Of a stretch of 64,000 nucleotides of DNA, positions 47,501 through 56,453 are shown piece by piece. Position 1 is the first letter of the stretch. The number at the start of each line of letters is the position of its first letter. The position numbers were made by a program, and so were the translations under genes. This DNA comes from Convolutriloba macropyga (lineage: Eukaryota): positions 2,046,001 to 2,110,000 of the forward strand of contig NC_134468.1 of assembly GCF_964194025.1 (NCBI RefSeq), in the 5' to 3' direction. The notes beneath the pieces were generated by a model. That model saw nothing but the letters and a program-made list of their open reading frames with translations, did not search any database and was not told the origin of the DNA.

Positions 47501-50500
47501 TGTCTGCTGAAGTTTGTGCTTAAGTGCTAAATTTTCTAGGCGTGTTGTGGGCTCGATCCTGGTCTTTCAGTCTAGTTAGCCAGTTTTTAGTTTTTCGGCT
47601 CGAATTTTTGGACTGACTTTCAACTATGGCCTGCCGAATTATCTTTTAGTGAAAATACAGCGTATCCTAACTTCATGCGCCCGGTTGGTACTCGTCTTCA
47701 CTTGCTCGCTGTGAGCAAAAGAATGCTTTTGCTGACATTTTTTCTTGGACATTGTGCTTATGACCATCCTTCAAAAATTCTTATGTAACTGTCGTAACTT
47801 TTTCATGGCAACTATTTTGTTACTTGACAACATAATAATCATGTCATGCCAGTTTTCATCTCTGAAGGGCAGTAATAATTGTTAGTGCTAATTGAGTGAA
47901 ACAATTACTATTCCTTTTCAACTCTGTTGATTTTAAACTTGATCTCAGAAGGAAACTGAAGGTATCAAAAAGAGTAAAGGTGTCTTGCAAATTGTTCAAC
48001 TTAGATCTTATCTATTCGTTGTAGATATATGATGCATCATAGTGTTGAGTTTATTTAAGCTACAGTGAAATAAAAATGGCGTGTTAAAATTGAGAGCCAT
48101 CCAGCTCTGAAACTGCTAATGCATGAAGTGGTATCTCGTAGAGGCGTGTGGAATAAGAGCTGAGAATACATAAAACTGTTGTCGGTTCTTGAGGTTTTGG
48201 TTTTCTTACAAAATATTTGGAAATCATTAGTAAATTATGGTTTGCGGATAGTTCAGTCCAGCTATACTGCCCGTCTCGTCGCATGCTCCATAAAAATGCT
48301 GATCATATTATTTTCATAAGCACAAAATGGCGTGTTTTGAATTGTTTCTGACCTTTTATTTTAAATTTCGGGAAGTTAAGAATTTGCTCATTTCCTATTT
48401 CTCATCACATTTATTCTTTTCTGTGACAATTTCTTGTTGAATCGATGCAGTGATTATATGCTCTAAAAGGCGTATTTACCTATAATGATTGGACTTATTC
48501 TCGACCTTTGGTTTGTTTGTTGATTGTAGTTGCTCTAAACTTGACGGAAAGTTTCTGGAGGTAAGGAAAAAAATGGAATTTCTTAGATTAATTTATTCGC
48601 CATCTTTCTAAAAACGGATCCGCGGTAAAAGTCCAATTCTTTTTGATTCTTCGAGCTGTCAAACTAAATTAGTTTGATCCTTGAAATTTTGATCCTCTGT
48701 TTGCGGGAGCAAAATCAAAACTGGGCTGGGAGGAAACAGCTTATGATTGAGAACACGGAATCAAACTGCATCATATAGTTTAAAGCTACCACGAGAATGA
48801 AGTTTTCTTAAAAAAGAAAATTGCTTGGATTTCTGCTTGTGATTTTAATTTTAGTAGCCAGATTAATGCTGCCCGCTGAAATTTGTACCTAAATGCTAAA
48901 AATTCTCAGCCCGTAATGAGCTCGATCGCTCTCCTTTATTCAAGTTAGGCAGTTCTTTAGTTTTATCGCTCGAATTTACGACTCTCTAATATGACCTACA
49001 GAATTATCTTTAGTGAGAATACAGCGTATCCTAAGTTCATGCGCGGGGTTGATACTCGGCTGCACTTGCTTGCTGTGAGCAAACGAACGATTTTCATGGC
49101 ATTTTCCATTGGTCATCGTGCTTCTGACCATCCTTCAATAATTCTTATGAAACTGTCGGAGCTTTTTCATGGCAACTGTTCTTTTACTTGACAACATAAT
49201 TATCATGTCATGCCAGTTTTCATCTCTGAAGGGCAGTAATAATTGTTAGTGCTGATTGAGTGAAACAATTACTATTCCTTTTCAACTCTGTTGATTTTAA
49301 ACTTGATCTCAGAAGGAAACTGAAGGTATCAAAAAGAGTAAAGGTGTCTTGCAAATTGTTCAACTTAGATCTTATCTATTCGTTGTAGATATATGATGCA
49401 TCATAGTGTTGAGTTTATTTAAGCTACAGTGAAATAAAAATGGCGTGTTAAAATTGAGAGCCATCCAGCTCTGAAACTGCTAATGCATGAAGTGGTATCT
49501 CGTAGAGGCGTGTGGAATAAGAGCTGAGAATACATAAAACTGTTGTCGGTTCTTGAGGTTTTGGTTTTCTTACAAAATATTTGGAAATCATTAGTAAATT
49601 ATGGTTTGCGGATAGTTCAGTCCAGCTATACTGCCCGTCTCGTCGCATGCTCCATAAAAATGCTGATCATATTATTTTCATAAGCACAAAATGGCGTGTT
49701 TTGAATTGTTTCTGACCTTTTATTTTAAATTTCGGGAAGTTAAGAATTTGCTCATTTCCTATTTCTCATCACATTTATTCTTTTCTGTGACAATTTCTTG
49801 TTGAATCGATGCAGTGATTATATGCTCTAAAAGGCGTATTTACCTATAATGATTGGACTTATTCTCGACCTTTGGTTTGTTTGTTGATTGTAGTTGCTCT
49901 AAACTTGACGGAAAGTTTCTGGAGGTAAGGAAAAAAATGGAATTTCTTAGATTAATGTATTCACCATCTTTCTAAAAACGGATCCGCGGTAAAAGTCCAA
50001 TTCTTTTTGATTCTTCGATCTGTCAAACTAAATTAGTTTGATCTTTGAAATTTTGATCCTCTGTTTGCGGGAGCAAAATCAAATTTGGGCTGGGAGGAAA
50101 CAGCTTATGATTGAGAACACGGAATCAAACTGCATCATATAGTTCAAAGCTACCACGAGAATGAAGTTTTCTTAAAAAAGAAAATTGCTTGGATTTCTGC
50201 TTGTGATTTTAATTTTAGTAGCCAGAATAATGCTGCCCGCTGAAATATGTACTTAAATGCTAAAATTTCTCAGCCCGTAATGAGCTCGATCGCTCTCCTT
50301 TAGTCAAGTTAGGCAGTTCTTTAGTTTTATCGCTCGAATTTACGACTCTCTCTAATATGACCTACAGAATTATCTTTAGTGAAAGTACAGCGTATCCTAA
50401 ATTCATGCGCGGGGTTGATACTCGGCTGCACTTGCTTGCTGTGAGCAAACGAACGATTTTCATGGCATTTTCCATTGGTCATCGTGCTTCTGACCATCCT

Positions 50501-53500
50501 TCAATAATTCTTATGAAACTGTCGGAGCTTTTTCATGGCAACTGTTCTTTTACTTGACAACATAATTATCATGTCATGCCAGTTTTCATCTCTGAAGGGC
50601 AGTAATAATTCTTAGTGCTAATTGAGTGAAACAATTACTATTCCTGTTCAACTCTGTTAATTTTGAACTTGGTCGCAGAAGAAAACTGAAGGTATCAAAA
50701 AGTGTAACGGTGTCTTGCAAATTGTTCAACTTATATGTAATGCGTAATCGTTTTGAAGGTCCTTAAGCTATCAGAAAATAAAAACTGCATGTTAAAAGTG
50801 AGAGTCATCCAGCTCTCTGAAATTGCTAATGCATGATGTGGTATCTTGTGGAGTCCTTGTGGATTAAAAGCTGAGAATACATAATACTATCGTTGGGGGG
50901 TTGAGGTTTTGGTTTTTGTTTACAAAGTTATTGGAAATCATTAGTAAAATATGGTTTGCCGATAGCTCAGGCCGGCTAACTCACTGTCTCATCGTATGTT
51001 TCATAAAAATGCTGATCAAATTATGTTCATTAGCACAAAACGGCGTGTTTTGAATTGTTTCTGATAGATAATTTTTAATTTTGGGAAGTTGAGATTATTT
51101 AGTTTCCTATTTCTCATCACATTCACTGTTTTCTGTGACAAATTCTTACTGAATCAATGCAATATTGTGTTCGTTTTTTGCTTTAAAAGGCATATTTATC
51201 TATAATAGTTGGACTTATTCTCGACCATTGGTTTGTTGGATGATTGTAGTTGCTCGAAACCTGACGGAAAGTTGCTGGAGGTAAAGAAACAAATCGAATT
51301 TCATAGCTTAATTTATTCACCATCTTTTTAAAAACGGACGCACGATAAAAGACCAATTTTGCGCTATTTCATGCGAGTCTTGAAAATTTTAATGCGAGTC
51401 TTGAAACAGTAGATATTTATTTTGTTAACACGGAATGTGTGACTCTTCCTCACATGATTAATTTTTCTGATGTAAAAATCGAGATTATCTAATGTTGCCT
51501 GAAAAATTGTGTTAATTCATCATCACACGGGAAATTTTCTTTTCTGATTAGCAATTCTGTCGTGTTTTTTTTGCATTTTGTCCCTGATTGCGTTGTCGTT
51601 CTTATCAATACACGAATTTTAATTATTTGATCAAATTCAACTCACCCGTTTATGCTCCTCAGCCCATTTTTCGACACTGGTTTGCCCGATTCTGCGCTGC
51701 TGCAGGTCGTTTATGTCAAAAGTGGGCGTCTTTCCAATCAGTTGGAGGAGCTTTCCTGCGCCCTTGGCTGTGATGGAAATGACCTCTAATTCAGCTGCCA
51801 TCCGAATCCGCATCTCTTCATTAGTCTCATTTGCTTCTGATTGAGGTTTATTAGATCGCTGAAAAGTCAATAAGAATGATTAAAAAACTCACATGCACAT
51901 TTTAAAATGCCGAAAGTCTGCAGTGCCAGAAGTTAAAATGCCAGAAGTTCCTACTTAGCCAGAAGTTGACCTCCGTTGACTTTCGTCATTTTAAAACGTG
52001 TGCGTTTCGTGTTTTAAGCATGGTTAAGTGACTGCAGAAGTCACTTCGAAATTCTGACATAATATCTCGAACCGCTTCGTGGTTCTCGATAAACGCCAGA
52101 AGTTCTCAGTGACTTCAAGCAGAGTCACTTAACCATTACTTATAATTTAATCGATGATCCATGTTCTTTACGACTTCATGTTTATATGTGTAGACGCATA
52201 AATCCCTATTGCGACGAAGCCGAATTGAGCTTATAAAAGGACTGTAAATAAATGCTAAGTTTCTCTCAACAACGTGCAAACTTTTTTTGCTCAGCTGGGT
52301 AATTTTAATAAAACTTGGAGAAAGTTGAACAGATTTCAAATACCTGAGCATTGTGGAGCTGTGATTTGAGTGATCTGTTCTGTTCCTGTAGAACTGAAAC
52401 TTGGTTGTTCAACTCATGATTGTCTCCTTTCAAATCTCGCACTTCTCTCTCCTTTTCTTCTGTGAAAATTTTCACCTGAAATTTTAAAACTTCAGTTTAA
52501 AAGTGCTCGCCATTTAATCAAGTTCCGGTTTAATTACGTCTGGGATCTTTTCCGCTGGTGCTCCTCCCCCAGCGCTAAGTGCCATATTTTTACGTAATGA
52601 TTTCCTATGTAATGGCACGTGCTCTGTAACTGGGGAGTGCATAACGTACTGGGGGCGCAAACGGAAAAGATCCTCCGTCTGAACCTAATAATTGGGACGT
52701 GATGGTCAATGTTGATTTTGAAAAGATATTTCAGATCTAAGCCCAGTACCGACCGATTTTGGAATCTTATGTAGAGTGCATAAGTAAATAACCAATAATT
52801 CAAGAAGTACAGCCAGGTTAGAGTTCATCATGGATTCATATTTCATTGTGACAGATTGTTGCAGTGGTAGACAGGAGGCGGAGAAGGTTTGTACTCCAGC
52901 GATCTGTTCAAACCATTGCTTTAAGTAGCACTTTTCAATTATTCTCCAGAAAATAGATTTGTCGAGATAAAATTTTGGTACAAGCCAAAAGTTGATCGAA
53001 TGAATAGAGTTGGAACTGTCAGAGTACAGTTCTGGAAAACTAGTTTTTCACTTTTTTAAAAAAGTACCAAGCTGTCATAGCGTTCGTTTGCTTTTTTACT
53101 ATCTTCCTTATAGAAAGATTATTGGTACCTCAGCCTGTGAAAAGCAGTAAATTTTCCTCAAGTGGAATTTTACGAGGTTACAAGCAGCTAATGATTGCCG
53201 TAAAAGGTTTCAAATAGCCAGCCTGTTTTGCAAAATTTTTCATTACCTGCATGGGGTGAGATCAATCAGTTATAAACCAGTACGCTGAGTGAAAGTACAT
53301 TTCCGAAATATTGTTCTTTTTAATTGAAAATTAGGGAGGTGCTTTTATTAGCTTCTTCAGATTTTTATTAGTATTGTATAAGCGAAACATGATGTAAAAA
53401 GAATGCAGCTGGGGGCGATCTTTGGTTTTTCAGTTTAAGGTATTTGAATTGTATTCGGTCGCTGCCTTTTGTCCGACTGGGAGGAGTTATGGCGATTTTT

Positions 53501-56453
53501 TAAAGTAATATTCCAGTGATACATGTAAAACTGGTGTCGCACTTGAAAAATGTTGTAGGTCATGCTGGACAACATTTGAAAGCAAAGGCAACAAGATTAT
53601 TTTTTGTATTTTCTGAGAGAGAAAGCGAGATTGTTAAAACTCTGTTAAAGAACCTAAATTGTTAGTCACCTGCGGAATTTTGAAAGCATTCAATTCGTTT
53701 TATTGGTTAAATTGCTTTATCACCAATGCCAATTAATTTTGCGTTTGGAAGCATTTTTGATTATTGAATTTTAGATTCACTTCCGGTTCATTTTACTCAT
53801 TCAGACGATTTTTCCACCTTATTGCGATTCTCAGTAAAATTCGTGTCTTGACATTTTGTGTGAGATCTTTTTTGAGTTTCTAGGCTCTTTTCATTCTTGT
53901 CTCATTCTGCTGAATGTGCTTTTAAGCAGCAGTTGCTCAGCAAAGCAATCCAGATTCAACAGAGTCAGTATCGAAAAATTAAATTAAAAAATTGGGATAA
54001 ACTCGTAAATCCCAATTTTAGATGCCCCATGTTTGAACTTTGTTCTAAAGTTGATTGGCATGAATACAAATACCTGTATGCTCTTATTAAAAAACAGAGT
54101 TACGTCTTAACTACAGAGTTCAATAAAAATAGATAGCTCTTTCGTAAAACTTTGTACAATAGATTTTTTATTCGCTGCATTCTATTCTAAGGGGGTGTAT
54201 GGGAATCAATTGCGGCTATTTTCCGGCAATCTACCGGACCGGTGTCGGAAAAAACCCATCCAAAATTAGATAGGAAAAAACCCCACGGAAAGAACACCAA
54301 AAGGAAAAAGAGCTCACTGACAATTTTAAGTTTTTCTTGAAAAAAATACTTAAAGTTGAGTCAAAATTGTGACTGAATTGGGCATTCTTATGAAGGCGAG
54401 ACACTTAATTGATGGGCCAGTTTTATCTGAGATAATTGATCACAACACAAAGGTCTCTTTAGAATGAGGTTTGCGATTTTGCAAATAGTGGAGAGTTTCT
54501 GAAGGTTAGATTTTGCTTTTGTTTTCATTTTCCTTCTTTTTTTCTCGTAAGTATCTGTTTTCTGTCTACCTAATGGTATTTAATTGACTGGACAGAAATA
54601 GTATCAAATGCTCTGATGTGTCGATGTTTGATTTAGTTTCCTCATTTTATTTCATCTACTTCTTCCCTGCTTTTTCAATTTAGTAGTTTAATTAGGTAAA
54701 TAGTTTCTTGAAGTGAGTAGCTGGCTACGACTTAGGTCAAATTTTGCTTTGTGTCGATTCTGGCCTTTTGGCTGTTTTTTAAACCAGTTTCGACTGAATT
54801 CAGTGCTATAATTTATTTTGTTTTGTGCGTTTGCTTTTCTCGCTTTTATTGTTGTTTAGTTTGTTATCTGTCATAGTGATTGTCACTAAGTGAACAAGAA
54901 TGCCATGACAAAGTCTCTTCGAGCTGTCAATAGACCGTCACATCTTGTAGAAGTGTTACGAAGGAAAGTGAGAATATTTTTTTTCGCTTTTATTGGTATG
55001 TGGCATTTTTTTTACATTGTGATTAGCACTATTAAACAGAACAGTTACCACCCACTTGTGAATAATTGTTTAGAGTTGTATTTCATTAGTTTGTGTGTTG
55101 ATCTTTGTGTGTTGCATAATTGTGATTCAGCTTCTAACCAGTTGTCATCATAAAAACTGTTTGGTGATAGTTGCGGTATGGTTGAAAATACTTGAACAAT
55201 GAAAAATTTAAGGGGTTAGGCTCACTCTACTGTCTCCCAAAAAAGCGGGACAATTTTGCGAGTTGTCTGAAGCTTGAAAAATCTATCTAGTTCTCGCGGT
55301 AGCTTCTGACCGCTTGATTGGGTGTTAGCTCTTGAAAATGATCTTATCTGACTACGGGTATTAATGCAACCTTGTAACCGACGTATCAGTCAAAAGAGTC
55401 AATAAACAAAACTTAAAAAAAACAGATCAAAAACTGTTTCGTTGTTGTACAAATCATATAAAGCAGAGCATTGTTCAAACATTCTCTTAAAGCCGATTGT
55501 TCGTAAAATTCTTTAGATTCAACAAAATGTGATTCAGTTTAGAGCAATACGTTCTTCCGTATGATTTTGTTTCATATTGAACTAATGGTTTCGCATAAAG
55601 ATTTTTCCACCTAATCAAACAAATTTTAGGAAGAATACGGCGTGCATGATACAACATCCCATTGAATCCTGACAATTTTATTAACGAGATTATTCACGGG
55701 AGTTTTGAAATGGAGATTAGAGTCAATTGTAATTTCTATTTATTTGTTTTCGGAACACACTTTGAGATTACTTTCCAAAAAGGACATATTGTTATCCGAG
55801 CAGGAAATATAAGTTTGGGTTTCTACATTTAGGGTTAGTTTGTTGATTTTGAGCCACAAAGGGAATCGATTCAAATCACTTTGAAATATCTTCGTAAATT
55901 CTTTTGCTTTATTGTGAAGAGATATTGCATTGTCGTCAGCAAAAAGTGCAATTTTACTTTTTTTAAATAGCATATGGTAAGTCATTAACATATAAAAGAT
56001 ATACCCAAAATTGACCCCTGCAGTGCTCAAGGTTTTATCGGTAAAATACTAGACCGCGCTCCCTAATTTTCACAAAATTGGCATCTTCCCTAAATTGTTT
56101 TCAAGGATTTTTCCATTTTTACCCCTTAACAGTTGATAGAAGAAGCTTATCTATCGAAATATCTTAGTGCACACTATCAAAATCTTTTTTAAGTCAATAA
56201 AACAAGTTACACCCTAAATTTTTTTGTGGCCTTTCAATATTCCTCACGTTGATCTATTGGGAAACATTGTTAAGTTGAAAATTGGCTCATGAATTCAAAC
56301 CTCATCGGTAATGTTCTCTAATGTGATGGTTTGTTCACGGTTTCTGGACTCCAGCTCCTGAACAATTGACTTCAAATACTTGATTTCGTCCTCGGCTTTC
56401 GCGAAATCGCCTGTCGACACGACCTCGAATTCTCCCTCGTCGGAACTTTCCAT
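20191..56453 (-). CDS. Long coiled-coil protein, 636 aa, 9 coding exons: complement(join(20191..20509,21340..21725,22788..23027,23098..23226,23301..23528,26403..26513,51646..51858,52344..52475,56301..56453))
   Basis: All eight introns GT-AG; 1911 nt total, one open frame from MESSDEGEFEVV to ...RLFYLFRYNR*; E/K/L-rich heptads throughout. The join across the 25-kb intron (...KWAEEHKR|LWVLINELYEEK...) is in phase but is inference; extra exons cannot be excluded. No orthologue recognised. Confidence 0.8.
20990..21270. mobile_element. Palindromic MITE with ggaaa(t/a)aaacccccac subterminal repeats (intron 8)
   Basis: ggaaataaacccccacgg...cccactt..tttagatag mirrored by ctatctaaa..aagtggg...ccgtggg; left-end copy also at ~54239-54310. 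Confidence 0.75.
21340..21725 (-). CDS. Coiled-coil gene exon 8 (SQISKLEEQK...ELERKL)
   Basis: tatttttag acceptor, gttagt donor, 386 nt, strong heptads. Confidence 0.92.
21790..22305 (-). mobile_element. Inverted partial copy of the 17542/62456 repeat family (intron 7)
   Basis: taatgataccactcacaactctct...tatatcgatcggc...gtatatagttc is the reverse complement of the family 5' region. Confidence 0.75.
22788..23027 (-). CDS. Coiled-coil gene exon 7 (ISDLKHSLEE...NSDEK)
   Basis: gattag acceptor, gtgatt donor, 240 nt, phase 0. Confidence 0.92.
23098..23226 (-). CDS. Coiled-coil gene exon 6 (DEQITAG...LQEKE)
   Basis: tttttaaag acceptor, gttttg donor, 129 nt, flanked by 74- and 70-nt introns. Confidence 0.9.
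23301..23528 (-). CDS. Coiled-coil gene exon 5 (ESYEKNEE...QLLEK)
   Basis: tttgcacag acceptor, gttaat donor, 228 nt. Confidence 0.9.
24490..25100 (-). mobile_element. Highly decayed CR1/L2-type LINE RT relic
   Basis: Minus strand reads KISHNDLLDNMNSEGMDF, resembling AFDKVxHxxLLxKLxxxG; many stops and frameshifts; ends approximate. Confidence 0.35.
26403..26513 (-). CDS. Coiled-coil gene exon 4 (LWVLINELYEEKMELHEAIVLKDREIENLKAHLNEIQ)
   Basis: attttag acceptor, gttttg donor, 111 nt, GC-richer than flanks; not in ORF track. Confidence 0.88.
26963..28113. mobile_element. Probable CCC...GGG element with ctgatcagac/ccagac subrepeats
   Basis: Left cccgggcc, right cctcaacctggg; many tgatcagac/ccagac motifs; TSD not clear. 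Confidence 0.5.
28648..30178 (-). mobile_element. Inverted, longer copy of the 6804-7867 element with expanded ~33-bp minisatellite
   Basis: Ends cccaggccaagg / cctcggcccgg; caacgcaaaattatgtaagatctacgct units 29420-30090; C-rich tract ~29330-29420; shortened tRNA-like segment at 28936-28982 (A box TGGCACATTGG, B box GTTCGAGTC on minus strand). Confidence 0.8.
30933..31363. mobile_element. 431-bp MITE, CCC...GGG termini, 2-bp TSD (CA), gcggtgaa subrepeats, tRNA-like core
   Basis: ca|cccgagtcgaggttt...taagaaatgcggtgaa mirrored by ttcaccgcatttcttac...aaacctcgacccggg|ca. Confidence 0.85.
31085..31152 (-). pseudogene. tRNA-derived segment (weakly Ala-like) in the centre of the MITE
   Basis: Minus strand TAGCAGTGGAATAAGCA...GGCATGCAGGAGTTCACAGGTGCGAACCCGGG: truncated A box, GCATGCAGGAG arm/variable region, B box one mismatch from GGTTCGAACCC. 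Confidence 0.45.
31734..33388. mobile_element. Old foldback element: two ~740-800-bp inverted arms around a ~115-bp spacer
   Basis: Mirrored pairs: ttcatttttccgataaac/gtttatcggaaaaatgaa; ttaactgtggtgata/tatcaccacagttaa; ttctaagtt.ctgattacagtg/cactgtaatcag.aacttagaa; arms clearly diverged. Confidence 0.85.
33570..35080 (+). mobile_element. Decayed CRE-clade (RLE-type) non-LTR retrotransposon, RT through restriction-like endonuclease
   Basis: Ordered motifs DASN..N..NR (33644), TTHGNPISMAVCGIIILPLI (=TQGDPLAM..ILPLI), YAEF in place of YADD (33896), HGGFFEYLVNAEK, VIGSE, FTRSVQQ, TKANGFWG, IFKPLVKLCPK, GGSGPSA...KMSERR, CVRG; stops, frameshifts and deletions. Confidence 0.8.
35310..35665 (-). 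mobile_element. Second CRE-clade fragment (RLE domain), tail-to-tail with the first
   Basis: Minus strand DMQLYGFWRTRFNKTLFCVK, VFSCMGGSAVSTANQTIQKPATK, TKMSFTLIGSSLVCQR, matching the DI.A.G.W..RF...FDVK / PLVFS..GG / RTKLSF.LLRS..LCLRG pattern. Confidence 0.75.
36001..37110 (-). mobile_element. Decayed Penelope-like element (RT remnants plus GIY-YIG endonuclease)
   Basis: NGELLFLDM...YRKPKD...NFRSCAALQHKENIVKGTVHRI..TSNWKSFDEAL (PLE RT thumb); EMSCSGCESPY..QTCHHITTRLTEH...RELKLKY* (GIY-YIG); RT core deleted. Confidence 0.85.
37275..38035 (+). mobile_element. 5'-truncated Penelope-like element: GIY-YIG endonuclease (37275-37593, two frameshifts) plus 3' pLTR region
   Basis: KSSFDRDLKSHVVYEIKCNG.GSNYVGQTSRHITTRITEHQKK...WKILD...IEAICISKLKSALNTRDEYRGRELTLNY*; followed by AT-rich 3' region containing a hammerhead. 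Confidence 0.9.
37946..37983 (+). ncRNA. Minimal type I hammerhead ribozyme in the PLE 3' repeat
   Basis: AAC-CUGACGA-U-GAAC[GUAAA]GUUC-GAAA-ACGUU-U^GUU: complete core, 4-bp stem II, palindromic stem III (AAACGUUU), short stem I AAC/GUU; expected location for Penelope pLTR hammerheads. Confidence 0.8.
38735..39180 (+). mobile_element. CR1/L2-type LINE ORF2 C-terminal relic
   Basis: HIETRPKKA...KLGLYKS*LIPFLTYG...LKRFQKSVVRWI...HLRIINILPLPMFLQHNDLL, typical post-RT region; stops and frameshifts. Confidence 0.75.
39981..42975 (+). mobile_element. Candidate complete ~3.0-kb non-autonomous element with 11-bp TIR TGTTCCGACCC...GGGTCGGAACA
   Basis: Exact 11-bp inverted ends; flanks taat / tcat (possible 4-bp TSD, 3/4); first ~200 bp shared with the 17542 and 62456 copies. 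Confidence 0.55.
40810..41860 (+). repeat. Degenerate tandem repeat, ~535-bp period, 2 copies plus fragments
   Basis: aagacttta.aaat.atttttcgagaaa...tgtaagtcagtctt.gtaatgac at ~40830 and ~41366; ggcttcgacacttt at ~41168 and ~41669. Confidence 0.8.
42825..48156 (+). repeat. Young tandem array, ~1435-bp unit, 4 copies (first has a ~410-bp deletion)
   Basis: aatgagtcatggc at 42825, 43848, 45280, 46717; copies highly similar; ORF track repeats the same 117-119 aa ORF at 44159, 45591, 47027. Confidence 0.97.
48157..51360 (+). repeat. Adjoining tandem array, ~1364-bp unit, ~2.4 copies, sharing ~820 bp with the 1435-bp unit
   Basis: gagctgagaatacataa at 48157, 49521 and (diverged) ~50868; shared block cgggagcaaaatcaaa...gtggaataa. 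Confidence 0.95.
51646..51858 (-). CDS. Coiled-coil gene exon 3 (RSNKPQSEAN...KWAEEHKR)
   Basis: gacttttcag acceptor, gtgagt donor, 213 nt, phase 0. Confidence 0.9.
51891..52136. repeat. Two adjacent inverted repeats in intron 2
   Basis: 51891-51918 vs 51978-52005 (28 bp, few mismatches); 52020-52033 vs 52123-52136 (atggttaagtgact/agtcacttaaccat, perfect); gccagaagtt motifs in loops. Confidence 0.75.
52344..52475 (-). CDS. Coiled-coil gene exon 2 (VKIFTEEKEREVRDLK...QLHNAQ)
   Basis: aatttcag acceptor, gtattt donor, 132 nt, heptads; not in ORF track. Confidence 0.9.
55300..56215 (-). mobile_element. Decayed LINE (CR1/L2 group) RT in intron 1
   Basis: CFIDLKK.FDSV (~56200), IALFADD (~55935), QSDLNRFPLWLKINKLTLNV; frameshifted. 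Confidence 0.85.
56301..56453 (-). CDS. Coiled-coil gene coding exon 1 (MESSDEGEFEVVSTGDFAKAEDEIKYLK...ENITDE)
   Basis: ATG at 56453 with in-frame TAG 9 nt upstream (could instead be a splice acceptor), gtttga donor, 153 nt; a different frame from the ORF-track entry 56335..56553. Confidence 0.85.

Noticed and set aside
52540-53300. Possible additional LINE relics here and at ~56900-57500
   Set aside because: Only faint motif echoes; too decayed to support without a profile search.
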